Source: Candidatus Bipolaricaulota bacterium (GTDB lineage Bacteria; Bipolaricaulota; Bipolaricaulia; UBA7950; UBA9294). Taken from it: a stretch of 50,139 nucleotides of DNA. This document shows, in pieces, positions 44,534 through 50,139 of the stretch. The notes beneath the pieces are model-generated. The model saw only the letters and a program-made list of their open reading frames with translations. It was not told the DNA's origin and did not search any database. Made by a program: the position numbers and the translations under genes. The stretch covers positions 1-50,139 of the forward strand of contig JAUVYF010000002.1 of assembly GCA_030603215.1 (NCBI GenBank). Direction: 5' to 3'. Within the stretch, counting starts at the first letter, position 1. The number at the start of each line of letters is the position of its first letter.

Positions 44534-44979
44534 GATAAGAAGGCTACTGTATGGAGAGATGTTGCGCAAGCGCATCCTCGGGGCTAGGACAGGGCGATGA
44601 GGGTTCATGTTGAGACAGGAAATGCATTCGAAGAAGAAGCCTCGTCATCAGCGTTTGCCAAGACATTCCCAGTGGGAATCCATACTGGTAGATTCAATGC
44701 CAGTTGACACAAATGCACCTTAACAGCCTGTTGCCAACGAGATTCTACGCGGAGCGATCAACCGTGCACACGCTGCTCTTAGCAACGGCGACTTCGGTGT
44801 GAGGATCGAGGCGGGACCGGTGTACTTCCCGCGCTCTGAGCGCCCTTTTGGCGTTCACTTCTTGCGATACTTGCTTGTGAGACAAGCTGTGTTGCCACGC
44901 TGTCGAGTCACTAGCTGGGTTGTCTAACCTTGTGGTTAACAAGAAAAGGACTTTTCTCGCTAGTAGCCAGAAGTTTTTC

Positions 44980-44999
44980 GTTGTTATCCGTTGTTATCC
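44980..44999. repeat. Perfect tandem duplication of a 10-mer (GTTGTTATCC x2)
   Basis: Read directly from the sequence, inside the long spacer upstream of smpB. Confidence 0.9.
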
Positions 45000-45012
45000 A
45001 ACGTGAACGCGA

Positions 45013-45050
45013 CGGAAGTAAGTATCATCGGGTTTGACACAATACTTCCG
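45013..45050. other. Local hairpin (8-bp stem CGGAAGTA/TACTTCCG, 22-nt loop)
   Basis: Read directly from the sequence. Function unknown. Confidence 0.4.
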
Positions 45051-45390
45051 CCGCTGTTGTCAAGGAGGCACAGCCCAGACAACCCCCCTTTTGCTAGGGC
45101 TAGTACTCCCACTTTTCCCATCACCCGGTAGCCTTTTGTCGTGGCCAAGGTAAACTCAACCATAGATTATTGGAAATCATCCATCATGATAGAACAAGAA
45201 CTTCCCTCACCCAATAGTGAAACCAAGACTACCTATGAATGGTCCAAATGTCCGTAAAATACGCGGGAGTCTGCCTTCTAGGTGAGAGTTGATTCTAGAT
45301 TGTGTCCCAAGAGAGCTGTGCGCTGCCGATTCTCAATGAGACTGGCTCACCCTTTAGCTTTGCGGCTAAACGCACGGCAGTACCTGACGA

Positions 45391-46626
45391 TCAGAAATCC
45401 CAGTCTGGATTGGGATCGGGAAGGGAAATGACTTGGTCGAGGTCGCGAAGAAGACTCGGAGGCCCGACGATATCATCTGTGAAGGCTAATCCTATTGCCG
45501 GCCGCACTCCTAACCACAGACGAGAGAAAGCATTTACCGATGCCTGTAGGGTTGGCAAGTGCTTATCCTTGCCTGGATAAGCCTGTGATTCTTCACCCAG
45601 CGTGATCACATAGTTACCGGCGATTCCATTCCATGGTGTGTCTTCGTCCAGGAATTGCCCGATAGGATCAGCAAGCACAAGATTGAATCGCAGTTCTTCT
45701 CCCTTCAAATGTGTCTGTTTCAAACACTCGGTCAGGTGGCAGATTCTGAGCTGCCAATACGCGGCGGCATGTAACTGGTTCTCATACTTAGAGTCTTTAG
45801 TCACCTGGCGGTTCTTGAGTGGTTGATGAAGCAGGTCTTGCAGCTGAATGCCTTGTGGTTCTCGGACCTTCACCAATCGAATCTGATCTCCTAGGCTCTT
45901 GATCACGGCGAGCAGCTCGATGAACTGTTCCCGCGTTTCATAACACATCCATGAAATGTTGTATGGTCCGTGTTCTACATCCTTTGTCCAACACCAGATG
46001 TGATGCGCCAACTCACCATGCGGCCCATCGTGATAGCCAAGGCCAAACCCATTGCTCCCGCAGAACATCTCTAAAAGAGTGTTCTCCGGAGCGGTCAGAT
46101 TGCATGCGCCATGACCACGGTGGCGGGCAAGACGCGATGCGTGAACTATCTTCCAGTCGTCAGCAGTAAGTCGGTCTGGCATACGCGGGATCAGACTCAC
46201 TTTCAGTTGTGCTGGATCAAAAGAGTACCAGTGATCGTAGCATCCTGTTCCAAAGCCCAGTTGGTTATAGTAACCTTGTTCAAACATTCCCAGCCCACAT
46301 GCAAGTGCCCCTTGAGCAGCTTCGTGTGCCACTACATGGGCTGTCAATCGGCTTGCTAATCCACGTTTGCGAGCAATCCTGCTTGTTACTACTCCGGCAA
46401 GCGCGGAGAATGGGAGCTCCTGCTTTAGGTAACGAATTGTCCCTGGCATACTCACCACCAGGCATTCAGGCTTGCCGTTTACCTCCGCTACTGTGGTGTG
46501 CCCAGCGGTCAAGAACAGGTCCAACGCGTCTTCTTCTCTTTTTTCCTTGGTTAACCAGCCAATCTCCCGCCAGATTTGCCGGATAGCATCCTTATCCTGG
46601 TCATGATTATATGCACGAAACTTCAT
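45391..46626 (-). CDS. GNAT-family N-acetyltransferase with Eis-like multi-domain architecture
   Basis: ATG at 46626. The GNAT motif A is RKRGLASRL and the following block is GYYNQLGFG. The length of about 410 aa suggests additional C-terminal domains, as in Eis-type enzymes. Confidence 0.5.
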   Translation of the reverse strand: MKFRAYNHDQDKDAIRQIWREIGWLTKEKREEDALDLFLTAGHTTVAEVNGKPECLVVSMPGTIRYLKQELPFSALAGVVTSRIARKRGLASRLTAHVVAHEAAQGALACGLGMFEQGYYNQLGFGTGCYDHWYSFDPAQLKVSLIPRMPDRLTADDWKIVHASRLARHRGHGACNLTAPENTLLEMFCGSNGFGLGYHDGPHGELAHHIWCWTKDVEHGPYNISWMCYETREQFIELLAVIKSLGDQIRLVKVREPQGIQLQDLLHQPLKNRQVTKDSKYENQLHAAAYWQLRICHLTECLKQTHLKGEELRFNLVLADPIGQFLDEDTPWNGIAGNYVITLGEESQAYPGKDKHLPTLQASVNAFSRLWLGVRPAIGLAFTDDIVGPPSLLRDLDQVISLPDPNPDWDF

Positions 46627-46685
46627 AGTCGATTTGCCTATCATTGGTCCTTTCTGGGTGGTGTGAACACACGAGATCTGGTCAC

Positions 46686-47435
46686 CTATTGCATATAGAT
46701 TCCACCATTTGCGTTGACCGTTTCGCCGGTGATGTAGCCGGCCTGTTGTGAAGCGAGAAAGGCGACAAGGGCAGCGATTTCTTCTGGTTCAGCGACTCGC
46801 TTCACCGGAATACGCGCTCGAATGGCATCGCCTTTTGTTGCCAGCGCTTCAGCATTCATGTCTGTATTCGTATATCCCGGTGAGATGGCATTGACCGTAA
46901 TGCTTGGTGCAAGCTCCAACGCCAGCGACTTGGTGAGCCCGATTAGTCCGGATTTAGCAGCAGCATAGTGGGCTCCATGACTGGAGCCAGTCATTGCTCG
47001 CAAGGAGCAAATGTTGATAATTCTTGCCCAGGGCTCCTTTCTCAGGTATGGAAGCGCCGCTTTTGCGACATATAAGGCTGCGGAGAGGTTGACTGCCACA
47101 GATCGGTCCCAGTCCTTGATAGTCATGTGGCCAATGGTGCAGTGTTGCGAGAAACCAGCATTATTGACGACGATTTGGATTCTGCCAAAGCGTTTTACTG
47201 TCTCTTCCACCATTTCTTCCACCTGCGTGAAGTCTGCAACATCCGCCTGAAAGGGAAACGCTCGTCCTCCAGCTGCGTGGATCTCGCGTGCCAGCTCTTC
47301 GGCTCGTCTAGTGTTGTTTAGGTAATTGATTGTTACCGCGTGGCCGGCTGCAGCTAGTCGCTTGGCTGTTGCCGCACCAATGCCACGCGAACTCCCAGTA
47401 ATAATCGCACAAGCTGATTGCTTTGAACCTTGCAT
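46686..47435 (-). CDS. Short-chain dehydrogenase/reductase (FabG-like)
   Basis: TGSSRGIG cofactor motif, NNAG, and the S...YAAAK catalytic tetrad. Confidence 0.85.
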   Translation of the reverse strand: MQGSKQSACAIITGSSRGIGAATAKRLAAAGHAVTINYLNNTRRAEELAREIHAAGGRAFPFQADVADFTQVEEMVEETVKRFGRIQIVVNNAGFSQHCTIGHMTIKDWDRSVAVNLSAALYVAKAALPYLRKEPWARIINICSLRAMTGSSHGAHYAAAKSGLIGLTKSLALELAPSITVNAISPGYTNTDMNAEALATKGDAIRARIPVKRVAEPEEIAALVAFLASQQAGYITGETVNANGGIYMQ

Positions 47436-47835
47436 AGTAAATCAATTATAGCGTTACTTAATGGTCCATTCACCTTTCATAGGTACTTCAATGCCTCGCG
47501 AGCGACGTGGACACGCCGCTCGTCTTCTAGCCGGCTACAGAAGGAGTTGAGCCGTAATTCTCTGCTCTGCCTCAATAAGTTGATCGATCTGTTCACGCAT
47601 GACAAGGCTTTCTTGAATCTGCCAAACCAACTTCTAAATGAAAAAAAGCCCAAGCGATGATTGAGTCAACCAAAGCTTTTCAGCAAGTTGTCCTTCGGCT
47701 TATTGTGAACTAACATGAATCATTTGCCATTTAAAGAAAGAAGAGCAACGATAACGACCTTGGCTCCCACCAGATTGTTGCTGATGTGAAGGCTTACCGT
47801 ATAGCGATACAATTTGCCTAAAAAGGAGAATCAAG

Positions 47836-49221
47836 ATGAGGTTAGATATCCCTCATAAGCCATATCGAATCAAGGTAATTGAACCAGTTGCAATCATCAC
47901 CTCAGATGAGAGGAAGGAGAGGATCAAGGAGGCGGGGTACAATGTGTTCAACCTTCGCGCGCAGGATATCTATGTTGACCTGTTGACTGATTCTGGGACT
48001 GGAGCAATGAGTCAACAGCAGTGGGCGAGTCTAATGTGTGGCGACGAATCTTATGCCGGCAGCCGCAGCTTTGCGCGCTTTGAGACAGCCGTGCACGACA
48101 TCTTTGGATTTCGACATTTGCTTCCCACCCACCAGGGCCGCGCAGCGGAAAACATCCTCTTCTCTGCGATGGTAAGCGTTAATGATGTTATCCCTAACAA
48201 TATGCACTTTGATACTACTCGAGCAAACATCTTGGCAAATGGTGGCCGGCCAGTTGACCTGGTCATTGAAGAAGCGTATGAACCAGAGAAGGTTGTTCCA
48301 TTCAAAGGCAATATGGATACAAACAAGCTACTTTCTCTGATCAACGAAGTGGGAAGAGAGCGAATGCCTCTCATAATGATGACGGTCACCAACAATACTG
48401 GCGGCGGCCAGCCAGTTTCTCTCTCCAACTTACGCGAGGTAAGCAGAATTGCTCACGAGTACAGGATCCCATTCTTTATCGATGCCTGTCGATTTGCGGA
48501 GAACGCGTTCTTCATCCGTGAACGCGAGGAGGGTTATCAACACGCTTCTCCGATCGAGATCGCGAGAGAGATGTTCTCGCTTGCTGATGGAATGACAATG
48601 AGCGCCAAGAAAGATGGACTGGCAAATATCGGTGGAATTCTCGCAATGAACGATGCCGAGATTCTTGCTGCAACGCGCGACCGACTGATTCTGATGGAGG
48701 GGTTTGTTACGTACGGTGGGTTAGCTGGACGGGATCTGGAGGCGATCGCCGTTGGGCTGTATGAGGTCCTGGATCTTGACTACTTACGTGATCGCGTTGG
48801 CCAAGTGTCTTATCTTGGTGCTGGGTTAAAAAGGAACGGAATCCCCATCGTTGAGCCAACTGGTGGGCATGCTATATACATTGACATACACAAACTGCTG
48901 CCCAATTTCCCTCAACGAGAGTTTCCGGGTCTTTCCTTTGTAGTGGAGTTATATATACAGTCAGGTGTACGGGCAGTAGAGATAGGTAGCGTAATGTTCG
49001 CGCACAAGGGTGAAGATGGAAAAGAGATCTTCCCCAAGCTTGAGCTAGTGCGATTAGCTATCCCACGGCGGGTGTATACCCGTACACATTTGGACGCGGT
49101 AATTGAAGGAGCGACAGCCGTTGCCAGTAACAAGACAAGGCTTTCAGGGTACCGGATCGCTGAGGGAGAGGGTCCATTGCGTCACTTCATTGCTCGCTTT
49201 GAGCCGATAATGCATGGTTAG
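47836..49221 (+). CDS. Beta-eliminating lyase (tryptophanase / tyrosine phenol-lyase family)
   Basis: SD AAAGGAGA lies upstream. Motifs are [21 protein letters not shown] and [13 protein letters not shown] (PLP Lys). The protein is 461 aa. Confidence 0.8.
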   Translation: MRLDIPHKPYRIKVIEPVAIITSDERKERIKEAGYNVFNLRAQDIYVDLLTDSGTGAMSQQQWASLMCGDESYAGSRSFARFETAVHDIFGFRHLLPTHQGRAAENILFSAMVSVNDVIPNNMHFDTTRANILANGGRPVDLVIEEAYEPEKVVPFKGNMDTNKLLSLINEVGRERMPLIMMTVTNNTGGGQPVSLSNLREVSRIAHEYRIPFFIDACRFAENAFFIREREEGYQHASPIEIAREMFSLADGMTMSAKKDGLANIGGILAMNDAEILAATRDRLILMEGFVTYGGLAGRDLEAIAVGLYEVLDLDYLRDRVGQVSYLGAGLKRNGIPIVEPTGGHAIYIDIHKLLPNFPQREFPGLSFVVELYIQSGVRAVEIGSVMFAHKGEDGKEIFPKLELVRLAIPRRVYTRTHLDAVIEGATAVASNKTRLSGYRIAEGEGPLRHFIARFEPIMHG

Positions 49222-49227
49222 TGTTGC

Positions 49228-50136
49228 ATGATTGAAGGGTCTGTGCTGTATGGAGAGCTAGCTGCGCTGGCTACTGCGATATTCTGGTCTCTTACCTATG
49301 TGTTGTTCACAATTGCTGTGCGATTAATTGGGCCAAGGATTCTTAACCGCCTTCGACTAACCTTGGCGCTTGTTTTTCTTCTGGTCACGCATCTGATCGT
49401 GATGGGAGAACCCTTCCCGCTGCATATGGAACTTTCTCGCTGGGGATGGTTAAGCCTGGCAGGGGTTATCGGTTTTGCTGTTGGCGATGCTATGTTGTTC
49501 CGCGCCTTTTCCTCTCTTGGCGCGCATCGTACCTCCTTGATAATGACGCTTGTCCCTGTGGTCAGCGTTCTGCTTGCTTGGGCATTTCTTGGTGAAGCGC
49601 TCGAGCCACTGCAAGTTGTTGCTGTTCTTGTTACAGTAGCAGGCATTGCACTTGTCGTCTGGCGCCCAGGCAAAAGCGACAAATCATTGCTTGTTAGACA
49701 TTATCGCATCGGGGTGTTGTACGCGATTGGCGCTGTCGTTACTCAGTCATTGCGCTACATTCTCTGCAAGCAAGGGATGAGCGGTGGATTTCCTCCGTTG
49801 TCAACAAATGTAGTTCAAATCTTGGCGGCCACGGCAGCTATCTGGATATGGCCAGTGCTTAAAGGGCAGGTCTGTGCCACGTTTGCAGAACTGCATCACC
49901 GGCGTGCTTGCTGGGCAACCATTGCCGGAGCGCTTTGTGGGCCATTTATTGGAGTAACGCTTTCCCTGGTAGCTCTGCGGCTAGCGCCGGTGGGGCTCAC
50001 TTCCACGTTAATGGCGCTATCCCCTGTTTTCCTACTCCCAGTTTCACACTTTGTTCTCAAGGAAAGGATCGATATCCGCGCCATTGGGGGAACGGTAGTT
50101 GCCATGATTGGCGCAACACTCATCTTCCTAGCATGA
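49228..50136 (+). CDS. EamA/DMT-family transporter
   Basis: 302 aa with about 10 hydrophobic spans arranged as two EamA-like repeats. It starts 6 nt after the lyase stop. Confidence 0.75.
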   Translation: MIEGSVLYGELAALATAIFWSLTYVLFTIAVRLIGPRILNRLRLTLALVFLLVTHLIVMGEPFPLHMELSRWGWLSLAGVIGFAVGDAMLFRAFSSLGAHRTSLIMTLVPVVSVLLAWAFLGEALEPLQVVAVLVTVAGIALVVWRPGKSDKSLLVRHYRIGVLYAIGAVVTQSLRYILCKQGMSGGFPPLSTNVVQILAATAAIWIWPVLKGQVCATFAELHHRRACWATIAGALCGPFIGVTLSLVALRLAPVGLTSTLMALSPVFLLPVSHFVLKERIDIRAIGGTVVAMIGATLIFLA

Positions 50137-50139
50137 GAT

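Noticed and set aside
44917-45085. Long-range 9-bp helix (GGGTTGTCT / AGACAACCC) plus a 5-bp extension, suggesting a structured RNA domain
   Set aside because: A rough count gives about one 9-bp complementary pair expected by chance within an about 800-nt segment. This is not evidence of structure without covariation.
44534-45390. tmRNA (ssrA) next to smpB
   Set aside because: I searched both strands by eye for three hallmarks. These were the 5' GGGG...GG.TTCGAC element, a GGTTCGA.TCC T-loop followed by ...CTCCACCA, and an alanine-ending tag ORF. None was found. The only in-frame peptide candidates end in non-canonical residues.
47715-47789. 24-codon uORF ([24 protein letters not shown]) 47 nt upstream of the tryptophanase-family gene, the same length as E. 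coli TnaC
   Set aside because: It has no Shine-Dalgarno sequence, no Trp codon and no terminal Pro. Those are the features required for TnaC-type stalling, so this is probably a chance ORF.
1-50139. N-terminal extensions implied by longest-ORF calls (starts at 2547, 3323, 4502, 8006, 9733, 15247, 19583, 20284, 23558, 34427, 36388, 39810, 42784, 44608 and 46644)
   Set aside because: Most internal starts carry Shine-Dalgarno motifs and restore canonical family N-termini. Several extensions overlap upstream genes or add non-homologous sequence.
1-50139. CRISPR arrays, IS elements/transposases, integrases, prophage genes, tRNA/rRNA genes
   Set aside because: No spaced direct-repeat array, no DDE/tyrosine/serine recombinase-like ORF and no tRNA T-loop/acceptor pattern was seen in any intergenic region. 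A proper scan (tRNAscan-SE, ISfinder, CRISPR finders) could still find something I missed.

Overview
This is a roughly 50 kb bacterial chromosomal segment with about 40 protein-coding genes. I recognised no rRNA, tRNA, tmRNA, CRISPR array, integrase or transposase. All family calls come from reading motifs in the supplied translations, with no database search, so they are family-level assignments. The dominant theme is uptake and anaerobic-style catabolism of peptides and amino acids. Left arm (892-12457): a family-5 peptide ABC binding protein and two permeases with no ATPase genes, a two-cysteine proline-racemase/DapF-fold epimerase, a class-V PLP enzyme, an internally deleted ornithine cyclodeaminase-family remnant, and a DSD1/D-threonine-aldolase-type PLP enzyme. 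This arm is interrupted at about 6.9-10.5 kb by a visibly more GC-rich three-gene sugar module: an L-fucose/arabinose-isomerase-like protein, an FGGY kinase and a TIM-barrel protein. Centre (13211-34275): an aapJQMP-type amino-acid ABC importer, tungsten-type aldehyde:ferredoxin oxidoreductase, fused ADP-forming acyl-CoA synthetase, two convergent paralogous Crp/Fnr regulators, and glutamate dehydrogenase co-transcribed with a small nucleotidyltransferase. The centre also carries a NuoE-like/NuoF-like/1105-aa fusion operon that looks like a Bfu (Stn/NfnABC)-type electron-bifurcating transhydrogenase. Right arm: Nudix hydrolase, a beta-rich secreted protein of unknown function, a DUF554 protein, an MFS transporter, a class-III aminotransferase, RNase Z-like protein, SerS translationally coupled to a NatAB-like ABC-2 exporter, SmpB, an Eis-like GNAT, an SDR, tryptophanase/tyrosine phenol-lyase and an EamA transporter. 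The points most worth follow-up are the unusual domain order of the 1105-aa bifurcation subunit, the compositionally foreign sugar module next to a decayed gene, the orphan two-Cys racemase cluster, and four 0.7-0.85 kb stretches without a convincing gene. I did not find a clear-cut defence or mobile system.
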